From assembly GCF_004010195.1 (NCBI RefSeq), contig NW_025214733.1:1-50000 (forward strand): a stretch of 50,000 bases of DNA. The letters are read 5' to 3'. Position 1 is the stretch's first letter; each line of letters begins with the position of its first letter. The position numbers and the translations under genes were made by a program. Below are positions 1 to 12,900 of this stretch, one piece after another. The notes under the pieces are model-generated. The model ran no database searches. It worked only from the letters and a program-made list of their open reading frames with translations, and was not told the DNA's origin. This stretch comes from Chiloscyllium plagiosum (taxonomy: Eukaryota).

Positions 1-1559
1 ACTTGCAGATCCAGAAGGTAGGAAGATGTTCAAAAACTTTGGAAAGGAAAAGCAAGGAAGAGGTGGGTGATAGTTGGCAAAGAATGGAGGAAACAAGGAA
101 TGTTTCATTAAGAGAATCAATAAATGCAGATTTGAAGAAGGGAAAGAGAGTGAAGCAATTGTTTAATGCACTACTTTTATCACTGGAACACAATTGTGAG
201 ACAAAAGTTCATGAGTGCATTAAAATAAAAATAAACTACAATTTTCCAAAAAAATGAAAACCAATAAATGCAAAGTGGTGTGAATTTACAGAAGCAGCTT
301 CTGAAAACTCAGATTAAGAAAATTGTAATGGGCTGGAGTTAAAAAATGAAAACAAGTACATCAATTGAGGTTTTTTTAAAATAAACTGTGAAGTCTCTCA
401 CTTTAGAGAAGATGCCCCTAAATTTGCATGAAGACACTTTTTTTGGTTGTAACTGGTGAAAGAAGATCATTTACTTCAACTAGAATGTGAAATGTCATTC
501 ACTGAATTGTTTCCTGTTCCACTCCTGCTGTTTTCTCTTGTTTGCACTCCAGCTGAGGTCTACTAAATCATTTGACTAGATATTTGGCCTCTGGCTCTTT
601 ATTCCTTTGTTTCCTACCCTGGCAGACGGTCTATTAAACTCTCTAACCCATTCACATTTAAACATCCTGCTGCTTTGGCATGAAGAAGGAAAGCATTTGA
701 ATGATCTTTCAATAACTCAACACAAACACAGCCGCCAGGTCACCAGAAAACATTTTAGCATTTTCTTTCCTTGTTATTTTTATATATATAAAGCATTGAA
801 CTAATCGCTCACTGTATCTGTAGCCATGTTGTCACTGCTGATTCAAACTGTTGTTTATTGTGGTATCATCAAAAGTGAAAAACAGGCCTCACTGAAGCTT
901 CTCCATGAACTTTCATGTCTCTGCTGGAAAGAAATATTTGAGTGTCAAGACATGAATGATGCAAACACAATCACCTTGTCAAGAGTCAAGAGTAGCTTTA
1001 TTTGTCATTTCTACCATATACAACTGATAGAGTAAAAATGAGACAGCATTTCTCCAGGACCAAGGTGCTACATGGACAACTCACACTACACGATCATACA
1101 CAGGGAGGCATAAGAAGTGAAATACACGCAAGACAGCTCAGTAATTCCTGGCATGTCAAGGCAATAGGCACAGTGGTGTGCAAATTAGAGTGTAAAACAA
1201 GAATGATAATTAATAAAATGTTGTTCTAGCAGCAATTTGAAGTCGTGTAAAGAGTTTCAGATGGAATAGAGTGCAATCATACTGTGTTAAGAAACCAAAT
1301 GGATCAGGGGAAGAAACTGCTGCACAGTCTGGCCGTGAGAGACCGAATGCTCCGGTAACTTCTGCCAGATGGCAGGAGGGAAAAGAGTTTGAGGGATGTG
1401 TGGGATCTTCCACAATGCTCTGAGCCTTTTGGATGCAGCAGCAGCTCAGGGTACTCTCAATGAACCCTCTGTAAAATGTGGTGAGGATGAGGAGTAGGAG
1501 GTGGGCTTTCCTCAGTCTACGCAGAAAGTAGAAACACTGCTGGGCTTTCTTGGCTGTGG

Positions 1560-1776
1560 TTTTGGATTAGTGGTGCTGGAAGAGCACAGCAGTTCAGGCA
1601 GCATCTGAGGAGCAGCAAAATCGACGTTTCGGGCAAAAGCCCTTCATCAGGAATGGAAGGGCTTTTGTCCGAAACGTCGATTTTGCTGCTCCTCGGATGC
1701 TGCCTGAACTGCTGTGCTCTTCCAGCACCACTAATCCAAAATCTGGCTTCCAGCATCTGCAGTCATTGTTTTTACC
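1560..1776. mobile_element. Palindromic Penelope-tail mini-insertion (family A) with 15-bp TSD
   Basis: Arms ~1560-1646 and ~1656-1741 are reverse complements. TSD CTTTCTTGGCTGTGG at 1545-1559 and 1777-1791. The sequence matches the 3' tail of the Penelope elements at 34270-34725 and 48322+. Confidence 0.9.
1617..1654 (-). ncRNA. Minimal type I hammerhead ribozyme motif, intact core
   Basis: Minus strand reads AUUC-CUGAUGA-A-GGGC-UUUU-GCCC-GAAAC-GUC-GAUU: both conserved core boxes, a 4-bp helix II, and palindromic ACGU in place of helix III. Confidence 0.75.
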
Positions 1777-2202
1777 CTTTCTTGGCTGTGGAGGTGTTGA
1801 GGGTCCAGGTGCGATTCTCTGCCAGGTGGATGCCAAGAAATTTGGTGCTCTTCATGATCTCCACGGGGGAATGTCGATAACCAGCAGAAAGTGGTCACTT
1901 CATGCCCTCCTGAAGTTAACAACCATCTTTTTCATTTTGTCCACATTCAGAGACAGGTTGTTGGCTCTGCATCAGTCCATTAGCTGCTGCACCTCCTCTC
2001 TGTATGCTGACTCGTCATTCCTGCTAATGAGACCCACTATAGCCGTGTCATCGGTGAACTTAATGATATGATTTGAGCTGTGCATTTCTGCACAGATGTG
2101 TGTCAGCAGGGTGAACACGTATGAACTGAGCACATAGCCCTGGGGAACCCCTGTCCTCAATGTGATGGTATTGGGGATGCTGTTCCCAATCCGGACTGCC
2201 TA

Positions 2203-2391
<189 letters not shown>

Positions 2392-3029
2392 TCATCTGTT
2401 CAGTGGTTTGGACATTATGTGAACTGCAGGGTGTCCAGTGAGGGAGGCAGCAGTGTCTTAATATGCTTCATCACGAGCCTCTCGAAACACTTCATGATGA
2501 TGGATGTTAGCGCAACAGGGCGGTAGTCATTGAAACAGGACGCTGAAGGTGTTTTGGCACAGGCACAATGGTAGCTGCTTTGAAGCATGTTAGAACTATG
2601 GCACAGCTCAGGGAGATGTCCATGAGAACATATGTCAGTATGTCAGAGCATCCTCTGACCACTCTGTCAGGAATGCTATCTGGTCCAGCAGCCTTACATG
2701 GGTTGTCTCTGCATAGGATTTTCCTCATGTCAGTGTGGTAAGACACAGCACCTGGTCATTGGGATGGGGTGTGGTCTCCCTCGCTGCCACATCATTTTGT
2801 GCCTCAAACCGTGCATTAAACTCATCTGGGAAGGAAGCATCACCACCACAAGCAGGCAATGCTGTTCTGTGGTTGCTAATGGCCTGAATGCCCTTCCACA
2901 TGTAACCAGACAAGGGGGACTGCAGTCACTGTAACAGTTACTGAGATGTCTCCCTGTTCATTATTGTGGGGAAGGTCTTTGATTGCATTGCTCTGATTGG
3001 ATTGCAGACTGTGACATCACAAATATGAA

Positions 3030-3265
3030 CCACAAAGTCCTGGGTTCAAGTCTGGTCTAGGGCTTGAGTACACACAAAGCAAAACCAAAAGGGATACTCC
3101 AGTACAGTACTGAGAATTTACACAAGGTCCCACCATTCAGGTAGTTGTAAAAGATCCCACCCACCTCGAAGAAGGGCAGGGGAGTTGTCCCTCTGATGTC
3201 CTGGCCAATATCTAACCCTCGACTGACATCAGAAAAAGCACATTATCTGATCATGATCACAATGT
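3030..3265 (+). mobile_element. Deu-domain SINE (SacSINE1/AmnSINE1-like), decayed
   Basis: B-box GGTTCAAGTC, followed by GTAAAAGATCCCA...GAAGAAGGGCAGGGGAGTTGTCCC...GTCCTGGCCAATAT, which I recognise as the DeuSINE central domain. A related minus-strand fragment lies at ~13855-14020. Confidence 0.7.
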
Positions 3266-3344
3266 TAATGGCATTAATTGAGAATATTAAAAATGTTGGC
3301 AAAAAATATGTTTGTCTATGATGCTGACATAATGCAAGTACAGA

Positions 3345-3505
3345 TGGTGGTGCAGTGATACTGTCAGTGGACTAGAAATCTAGAGACCCAGTATAGTTCT
3401 CCAAGGGCATGACTTGAATTCCACCATGGCTGATAGTGAAATTTGAATCAATGAAAACCTGGAATAAAAAGCTAGTCTAACGATGACAATCATTGATTGT
3501 TGTTA
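3345..3505 (+). mobile_element. tRNA-derived SINE fragment (same family as 13457-13780)
   Basis: GGTGGTGCAGTG...TGGACTAG.AATC.AGAGACCCAG...TTGAATTCCACCATGGC head is similar to 13457-13600 and ~42825-42890. Confidence 0.6.
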
Positions 3506-3845
3506 TGACAAAGGATGCGGAAACACCAACACTGTTTTTCGTCCTCCACTAAACTGCCAGACCTGTTGCGTTTCTCCATCACTTTCTGCTTTTGTTTCAA
3601 GGCACTCTACATTGACTCCATTGGCTTCATCAAGATCTTTGATCTTGGTCAGCAGAGGAGGACTCTTTAAACTGCTACAGAAAACAGGCCGCTACCTGGA
3701 ATGTTGGATATTATTTCTTCTTTCCATCAGTTACAATAACAACAGATGCTTTCACATTCACTGATGAAATAGGGCTGCATCCTGGCACCAACTCTCTTTT
3801 GCATATTTTTCTCCATGCTTAAAAATCAGATTATAATCAATGCCA

Positions 3846-3941
3846 GATTATAGTCCAACAGGTCTATTTGGACTATTACTTGGTGATGTGTGATTTTTAA
3901 CTTTGTACAACCCAGTCCAACACCAGCACCTTCAAATCATT
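3846..3941. mobile_element. Short Penelope-type tail fragment (family C) with small terminal inversion
   Basis: TTATAGTCCAACAGG is followed by its near reverse complement TTGGACTAT..., then GTGTGATTTTTAACTTTGT...CCCAGTCCAACACC. Same family as 19190-19237 and 28255-28404. Confidence 0.6.
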
Positions 3942-4129
3942 TCTCCATGCTGCTATTGTACACTTTCAGCAATTCAAATGAGGGTGTCTACCAGTATGTC
4001 TGACCTGGCAACAAAATTTGGCAACTGAATACTCACATTTGTGTTACAAGGACATCTGTGAGACCTGAAGCTGACTAGGATTGGTGTTAATGCACGGCAA
4101 GTTCTTCCTGGTGACCAGAATGCCTGAAG

Positions 4130-5138
4130 ACAGTGGAGTTGTGGACAGTGCGGAATGATGTTGCAAGTTACAGAGGGGCATAGATAAGCTGTAGAGGTGA
4201 CAAATGGAGTCTAATGTGGAAAAAGTGTGAGGTGATTCACTTTGGAAGGAGTAACAGGAATAAAGAATACTGGGCTAATGGTAAGATTCTTAGTAGTGTA
4301 GATGAGTGGAGAGATCTCGGTGCCCATATGCATAGCTCCCTGAAAATTGCCACCCAGGTTGATAGGGTTGTTAAGAAGGCATGTGGTGTGTTAGCTTTTA
4401 TTGGTAGAGGGATTGAGTTTTGGAGTCATGAAATTGTGTTGCAGCTGCACAAAACTCTGGTGCAGCCACACTTGGAGTATTGTGTACAGTTCTGGTCACT
4501 GCATTATAGGAAGAATGTGAAAGCGTTGGAAAGGGTGCAGAGGAGATTTGCCAGGATGTTGCCTGGTATGGAGGGAAGGTCTAATGAGGAAAGGCTAGAG
4601 ATTTGAGACTGTTTACATTAGAGAGAAGAAGGTTAATAGGTGACTTAATAGAGGCATACAAGTTGATCAGAGGATTAGATTGGGTGAACAGTGACAGCCT
4701 TTTCCTCAGATGGCAATGACTAGCATGAGGGGACATAGTTTTAAACTGAGGGGTGATAGATATAAGACAGATGTCAGGCTTGGAATACCCTGCAACAGTA
4801 GTAGACTTGCCAACTTTAAGGGCATGTAAATGGTCATTAGATAAACATATGGATGATAATGAATTGTTTAGGGTTAGATGGGCTTCAGATTGGTTCCACA
4901 GGTCGGCGCAACATCGAGAGCTGAAGGGCCTGTACTGCGCTGTAATGTTCTGTGTTTTATTGAATGTATTCAAGAGGTGGCTCGATATAGCACTTGGGGT
5001 GAATGGGGTCAAAGGTCATAGGGAGAAAACAGGATTAGGTACCTGAGTTGGGCAATCAGCCATGATCATGATGAATAGTGGAGCAAGCTCGAAGGGCCAA
5101 GTGGCCTCCTTCTGTTCCTATCTTCTATGTTTCTATGT
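4130..5138 (+). mobile_element. CR1 LINE 3' fragments (two stacked 3' ends)
   Basis: KKCEVIHFGRSN, RDLGAHMHSSLK, LEYCVQFWS, ERVQRRF and LERRRLIGDLIE motifs. Tails TGTTCTGTGTT (~4950) and TTCTATGTTTCTATGTT (~5125-5140). Confidence 0.9.
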
Positions 5139-5160
5139 TTAACGTTTAGGGTCCAGTGAC

Positions 5161-5200
5161 CAGTTCTGAAGAAGGGTCACTGGACCTGAAATGTTAACTG
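5161..5200 (+). ncRNA. Minimal hammerhead ribozyme motif, Penelope-tail family B
   Basis: CAGUU-CUGAAGA-A-GGGUC-ACUG-GACCU-GAAAU-GUU-AACUG: perfect 5-bp helix I (CAGUU/AACUG) and 5-bp helix II. Preceded by an inverted partial copy at 5139-5161. Confidence 0.7.
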
Positions 5201-6329
5201 TGTCTTTTTTCCATCTAGTTTGGGACTTGAATTTATGAAGGGCCCATCATAGTCTTAGAACGTCTCACAATAGTTAACCACCGTTTGTATTGACATTTTT
5301 GTATAGTAGTTGTAAAATGTTAGTAAAACTGACCTCAAATTTGTTCACAAAGAGGTAGAAATTAGTCTGGGCCTTTTTTGACTTGGCATTGCACCATCAG
5401 AGAGACCTGAGGCCATCCTGAAATTGGACCTTTTTTAAAATCCTCAGGGCAGGCTCATGGCACCTGGTATACCTCCTTTGTCAGGCAACCCCCCCCCCCC
5501 GCCAGCTGGGAGAAGTTGGGTCCAGCTCAGGTCATTGTATCAGGGAGAAGGGAGATTCTTGCAGATTGCCAGTGTTTGGAGTTGTAGGAGGATTATTGAT
5601 TGCACTGAGGCTTGTTTTTCGAGACTGTTTTAATTGATGGAATGTTAATGAACTATGCAGCGCCTCCTTGCAGATTCCAACCTTGCTAGAATTGTGCAAA
5701 AATGCAGAAAACTCCTCCCTAACATCTCTGTTTAATTGAATTAAAAGTTGTTCCTAATTACATTTTTATTCATATTAGTACGGAGAATGGTTAAATTCTG
5801 CTGATTCTTATATTCAATGCTGTTCCTATGCTCCAATGATTTGTTTTAAAGATTGAAAGAGGAATTGTTATAAGGTTATGGTCATGTTGTTTAGTTTCAC
5901 ATATAATTTGCAAGCCAGAAATTTTAAAGCTCAGAAATATGTTGGCCTGTCTGAACAGTTACTAAAATCTACAAGTCTTCATGTGAAACTATTCAGTGAA
6001 CTTCATGGCCACCTCTGTAACCTAAAGGTTAGTAACTGAGGACTGAATGATTTCCTTGCAGCATGTAATTTGTAAAAGAGGGCCTCCTATTTGGCTGGAC
6101 GTTTATAAAAAATCATTTTAAGTAAATGATGTATATTTTTACATATTAATCAGTGTTATGCAAATAGATCTGACTTTTAGTTATTGCTTTTCTCAGCTGT
6201 GGACAGTGTGGTAAATTTGCATTTAAATACTCAGATTACAGGAGGGGTCCACAATTCTAGATTTTTGTCTTGTCCTAAAAATATTCCATAGGAGTTAAGC
6301 AGTTTGAATTTATAGCTGTAGCAGTGTTA

Positions 6330-6995
6330 TTTTGGAATATTGCGTGCAATTCTGGTCTCCTTCCTATTGGAGGAATGTTGTGAAACTTGAAAGGGTTCAG
6401 AAAAGATTTACAAGAATGTTGCCAGGGTTGGAGGATTTGAGCTATAGGGAGACGCTGAATAGGCTGGGGCTGCTTTTCCTGGAGTGTTGGAGGCTGAGGG
6501 GTGATCTTATTGAGGTTTATAAAATCACGAGGAGCATGGATAGGATAAATAGACAAGGTCTTTTCCCTGGGTGGGGGAGTCCAGAACTAGAGGGCATAGG
6601 TTTAGGGTGGAGCTGAAAATGTGTTGCTGGAAAAGCGCAGCAGGTCAGGCAGCATCAGGAGAATCGGCGTTTTGGGCATAAGCCCTTCTTCAGGAAATGA
6701 AACGTCGATTCTCCTGTTCCTTGGATGCTGCCTGACCTGCTGCGCTTTTCCAGCAACACATTTTCAGCTCTGATCTCCAGCATCTGCAGCCCTCACTTTC
6801 TCTCATAGGTTTAGGGTGGAGGCTAGTACAATTGCAACATTTAAAAGGCATCTGGATGGGTATATGAATAGGAAGGGTTTGGAGGGATATTTGCCGTGTG
6901 CTGGCAGGGGGGCTAGATTGGCTTGAGATTTCTGATCAGCATGGATGAGTTGGACTGAAGGGTCTGTTGCCGTACTATACATCTCTATGACTCCA
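6330..6995 (+). mobile_element. CR1 LINE 3' fragment interrupted by a palindromic insertion
   Basis: EYCVQFWSPSY, LERVQKRFTRMLPGL and RLRGDLIEVYKI, with tail CTCTATGACTCCATG. Confidence 0.9.
6610..6803. mobile_element. Palindromic Penelope-tail mini-insertion (family A) with 15-bp TSD
   Basis: Inverted arms GAGCTGAAAATGTGTTGCTGG... / ...CCAGCAACACATTTTCAGCTC. TSD CATAGGTTTAGGGTG at 6595-6609 and 6804-6818. Degenerate hammerhead (CUGAAGA...AAAACGCC) on the minus strand. Confidence 0.9.
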
Positions 6996-9900
6996 TGGGC
7001 CTATGCTGCATACTGTATAATTCTTGTGCCCGAGAATACCAATGGCCATTTTTCGGTGGTGCCTGTCAAAGATGCTCCAATGGTGGATGGAGAACTCTGA
7101 CAGTGGCCAAATAAGAAGTCTTCCTTCTGTTTTCCCAAGCTTCATGACACAGTTACGGTTTGCAATTCACTATTTACAATATTGCACTGCAAACATATGT
7201 TGCACCATTCCTTGGCACAGTAATCCAAAAGCCTGTATCCTGCACCAATGACCTTTTCTTCAGCTGCACAATTTACCTCAGCTTGTTTCCAAATTACAGA
7301 AGCTTTGTTTAAAACTTAGTCTATCCATCCAGTCTACATTCAGCATAATATTATATATTCTTATCTTACTTTTCGGTTCTCAGTATTCCTTACTTTATGT
7401 GTACAATTGCTATGCTACTATTCAAAAAAGGACTTATGATGGTCACAGAAAATAATGCTCTGCACACAAGTAACAGCACTCACTCATGTCACCAAAGATA
7501 TACAGTCTGATAAAAAGTAAAGCATTGATTTACAGCTTGGTTTTCAACTGAACTGCATTTCCATCCCTTTGAACAGATGCAAACTCTAATGATTTGTAAG
7601 TAAATGTACCATTTTTCATGTACCAAGTTGTACAGAATAAAAGATCCTCAGTTTTTTTCCTAGGTATATGCTGAATTTACTGATCTCAATTATAACTGGT
7701 AATAGCAGTGGAAAGAGCCAAAATTGGTCTCAGCACTCAATAAGCTATTGAGGTGAAGATCAGCCACAGTTCCTACTCTCACAACTCCTTCTAGGATGTA
7801 CAATTGCATATCAGATGAGGAGAGCCTCTGATATTGACCGAACTCAACTAATACAGCACAGGTGGGTATTAAACTATTGAATTGACTGGTTTGTGTGGGT
7901 CAGCTGAATAAAATCACTCAGCAAAGTGCCTGAATTTTGCCTTTATTTGCTATTTATTTTTCTTCTTTGTGTCACAATCACCTCCTTCCATTGTGGCTGA
8001 GTAGACCCACTTAATACCATCTATATATCCATTACTTTGCCACATGAACACTATACAAATGATATGTGGTAAAGCATGGTAAAGCCTGTTGCCAACAGTA
8101 TCACAATGTCTAAGCAGTAACATTTTTGTCCTTGGTAAATGATCTCTTTCAGCATTTTAACTTCTTCCTGCCGATCAAGTGGGAACAAAGAAACATAGAA
8201 TCCTAGCCTAATTTTGATGATAATATTCATACTCTTTCCTCTCTCACAGACATGCAACGATATTTATTCACACTACTAGAATTCTGCTTCAAGCACAATA
8301 TTGCCCTAGCTGCTGAGAGAGGAAGATTTTTCCATGACAGATTGATCAGTTTGCAAGCTGTTTTTAATAATTTCCTCGGTAATTTGATACAGTTGAGATT
8401 TTCATTTGATGGACATTTTGCATGCGTGATGCATTTATCTCAAAGTCTTTAGGTGACTGTTGTGGCAGTAAGACAGCAAGTCTCTATTTTACAAGACAGG
8501 AAAATTACACCATGCAAAACACAATCATTATTCTGCTGTTAAAGTGAAAATTTATGTCCCATAAAAGCTACAAAATCTAATTGCTGCCAAGAAGATATTG
8601 GGGCCTGAAAATGTGAAGGTCGTGATTTCAGCAATAATAGAAGGATCGTGCATGCTGCTGCTTTCCAGCTCGAGAACCTGTTTTATAATCTCACACTAGG
8701 TCAAAACGTCCACTCCAACATCAATCTCCAAATGTATTCCAAACACAATCAGACTAAAATCTAATACCAGCTTCCATGGAAATAACAATGCAGTTAGACA
8801 CCTACTGTGATTTGTGCATCAGTCTGGCTCAGCTGCAGATTTGAAGCTGCCACAGAGCTGATTTTATTAGCTTTTGTAGTGCTTAGATAATTACAGTGGT
8901 TTGCAAGACCACTGTTATTGATATCACAGTGAACTTGTCATATTATCTTGAATAGAAGATGCTGAAAATGAAAATTACAGGTTGTGCATCACTTTGATAA
9001 TTGGCTGTAGATTTCCCTGACAGATGTACTTGTTACCAAACAGGTAGATGAGTATTGACTTAACTGCGAGGCACATTTCCCTCAGGGCAAGGGGCATTAG
9101 TTTCAGGTCAGCCCATAATTCAGTACAAATAGAGGGTAAATGTACTTGCATTATTCTGAATTACATCAAAAAAGTTGGGCTGATTAATTTTCTCTAGTCA
9201 ATATGCTTGAGCAACGAACTGAATTGAGAAACAGTCATGGCTCAGAATCCATTTATGTTGAACAATCATTTGTCATGCTGTTGCTATGGTATTCAATTTG
9301 CCTTGTTTCTTTTGTGGGATGGGTTGGGAAACATTAAAAAAAATCAATGTCCAAGTATATGTTCTCACTTGCTTATAGGTTATATCTGTAGCTTTATTAT
9401 TCTACCTGTGCAGTGTAGTTTGGTGAACTGGTAGCTGGTGAGAGCTGAGTTTATTCAGTGTGGAGTATGTATGGGTTTATAGCAAGACATTTTTCCTCTC
9501 CCAGCTCTGATTGCAAGTTCAAAGGCAAGTTATCTTGGGTAGCGTACATGTGGTTTTAAGAGTGGCAAGTGGAAGGAAATAAGAAAAAGAAACATAACTT
9601 TTAAAAAAGAAGTCAGAGAATAAAATTAGAAGAAGTGGAGACTATATCAGATTCATTCCATACTTAACCTGGTGTTTGAGGTGACTCTGGATAGTAAAAC
9701 TAAAATTAATTTGTAGTTATTAACATTTCCTCGTATACCTTAATTGGCCAATGATTTACTATGACAGACAACAATTCAAACTTGATTGGTGCTGAATTCA
9801 CAAATTTCAGTTAGGGGACAATGCAGGACTATAAACTGAGCAGCTTAAACTAAGTAAGGTATCAATAAGCTACGTGTCCAGCCATCATTTGATAACCTTC

Positions 9901-12900
9901 CATACCTCTCTGGACATTAAATGAGAGTAGCATCGGGATCATGAGTGAATCCTCCATCATGGTTGGATGGTGTTAATAATCTACCAAGAACCATAGTAAT
10001 TGGGGCAGCAACTGTGGCCATGGATGAAGTTGAGAGAGATCTGGGAGTTTTTTAAACTTGTGAAATTCAAAGTGCACAATAAAGATAGAGTGGTAATCAA
10101 CACAACAAACAGGAAACAGATACTGCTAACTAAAACTCTGGAATATAAGGCTTATGGAGTTTTACCTAAACTGTATTCTGGTCAAAACTTAGAGCTGAGA
10201 ACTGATACGTCTCATATTTGTGATCTGGTCCTGGATGAACTTTTAATTTCTGAAGACTGTTCAGTGAATAGCTGTAAAATGTCTGAGATATAAAGACAAT
10301 ACAGAAACCCAAGCTCTTTGAGAGAAGTCCTTATAGGGATATCGGAGACAGTAAAAAGCTTCAGACTATGTATGATTCGAGATCAGGTCAACTTCAACTA
10401 GTAAATTACTCTATTATACTAGTCAGAAGCAAAATTAGAACTGGTGTCATGAAGAACTTCACTCAAAGAGTGAAAAACTCTGAAATCATTTAAGAAAATA
10501 CTAGTTTCTACAATGCGTCAGCAGGGTCATCTTAAATGGATGAATTAAAATGGGTCAAATAGCCTTCCTCAACTGTAATGTCTTGTGAAAAATAATCAGC
10601 ACCCCTATCTATTGCAACAGGCTGTAAGATTAAATACTTGAAAGGGAAGAATGTAAAATGAGAAAGGAAATTTGATTAAGATTAATTCTGCGTCTGGAAA
10701 TTGTATCTTTAAATTACATTATCTTCACCAGGAGGTGGAGGATAATAGCTCTATTAAGCAGAAGGTCTCAAGTTCAATTGCTGGTGTACGCTGAATTCGC
10801 TGTTCTCAGACAGCACATCAACCAGGGCCCTACAGTTGGCTCCAGCACTCCTCCATCTTGAAAGGGAATTATTGGGGAGGGCTTTTCATTGGAACCTGTT
10901 GGAAACAACAGTTGTTTGGGCTCACACAAAAAGAATGGGCACAAAATTCTGGGTCATACCTTGGGACAAGATTGCATCTTTCAACTCAAAAAGAACCCTT
11001 CATTCATTTGACTTTCAAATAATGTTCCAGTAACATTACATGCAGTTTCTGCATGCTTTACTTCAGGATTGAGAACAAAAATCAAGACACTGATGGCTCT
11101 TGAGCAATTTGCAAATTCATCTAACATACTGCACTAAAGTGCTTTTCTTCTGCTCATTGATTACCATGGGAGCAAATTGGAAAGCTTCATTAGTTATCAC
11201 TTAAATATAGAACAGACTGAGCATCTAAACATCCCAACAAAACAGTGAGCTGAAATTAATGACACAATAAAGAAACAGGGTTAACTAATAGAGTAATTTA
11301 TTAACACACTTAGTCCCAAATAAACAAAATGACATGTACTATGACCATTATCTCACTTGAAACTGAATGCACACTGTAAAATTAGCCTCTTCTGTTTCTA
11401 TTTGAAAAGCTCATTGTATCGGGTTGTCAGTGAGATAGGGTTGGAGCAGATTTATTGGCATTTAAAACTACAGGCCTCCTCCACTCTTATGTAACATACA
11501 GAAGCCCTCTCAGTTAGTAGCACTTGGCCATAATCATAACGTGAGATAATTCACCTCCAAAGGGTGAATGGTTTTACTTTTTGATTTTTTTGTAACTTTT
11601 ATTCAAATTTTAAATGAATGAACAAATATATAATTCTATTAAAATATTCAGAGCATTTCTGGGTTTCATAAAACATCAGGCTGGAAGCAGAAATTATTTG
11701 CAGTATCCCTCCTTTTAGAATGTCTTTTTGAAAAACAAAAGATTGCTGAACCACTGAGGGGGAAATAATCTCTCAGTGCTATCTACGTTGGTAGTTTGTG
11801 AACTTCAGCAGTTTCAAGCTCACCTGCAAAGATATCAGTCTTCCCTGCTGTCAGATTTTAGAATCTTACAGCACAGAAATAGGACATTTGTTCCATTATC
11901 CTTGTGTGGACTCACTAAAAAAGCAATCCAATTGATCCCACTTTGCTGCTCTTTTTCCACAACATCACAATTTTAATTATTTTAAATATAAAACAGTCTT
12001 GGAACTCACATTTAAAAAATGGACACTGGATACAGTAGCAGTGGGCTGCCAGATTACATGGCACACATCAGCATAAAGGAAGGGCAGAAAGTATACAAAA
12101 ATTAAAATTAATTTTTGCAATTCTCCTTCATCTGAAATTATTTTATGTCCAATTGTTTATTTTTGATGTTTAATTACTGTCACTTAGCTAAACATGGCAG
12201 TCTGCGGCTTTGAGGTAAATTACCAATCAATCATTATTAATGATTTTAATTGAGGAAGGAATTTGGCTTAGAAACTTTGAATAGTGCTAAAGGTCTCCAT
12301 ACACTTGGACAAATGGACTTTCTAATTTGAAAAGCAACTGCCAAATATCAGCTTGCACTTTGCATTCGATCCTCAATGAAGTGTTCAAACCAAAATGTCA
12401 GTCATGGGAAAGATTTACTTCGGTTACCACTAAACATTAGCAACAAGTCAGCTTTGCAAACTCTACTCTGAACTTGACAGAAATTTTCATCACAGGTATC
12501 AAAAAAACTCCGTTCGGCAGCTTTAATTGGAAAATGACCAACAGGTCAAAGTAAACCATACCTACTGTTGTATATTATTGTCGAAGTAGCTTTTTTCCTT
12601 AGAAACTGCAGAAGAAAATGGAGCAGTTTGGGAGATGTTTCCATATTACTTTAGCAAGGTGGATGAGATAGGTACCTTAAATATGAAGCCGAAACCATTG
12701 ATTCAGTTCAGTTGCTCAGCACTTAACTTGGAGTCAGCACTGCAGACAGAAAAGCCCATCTGTAGTCACCACTTACGCTTTATGACCTCAGTCTGCACCA
12801 GAAACACATTAAAGTGGTATCCATAGTAATCAGATTGAATAACTAGCTTTTAGTAAGTAATATATTTTAATGCTGGATGACCAACAATCACAAACACACA

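Noticed and set aside
3..257. 84-aa Lys/Glu-rich ORF and other short ORFs in 7000-15000
   Set aside because: No recognisable domain or convincing splice signals. Consistent with chance ORFs in AT-rich DNA.
1560..1776. Interpretation as a MITE, pre-miRNA or CRISPR-like repeat
   Set aside because: The sequence equals the Penelope 3' tail, the arms are asymmetric, the TSD is 15 bp, and there is no repeat-spacer periodicity.
1517..1880. Near-identical short ORFs on both strands (…PETSILLLL.CCLNCCALPAPLIQN), recurring at other loci
   Set aside because: Artefact of the palindromic repeat insertion, not a gene family.
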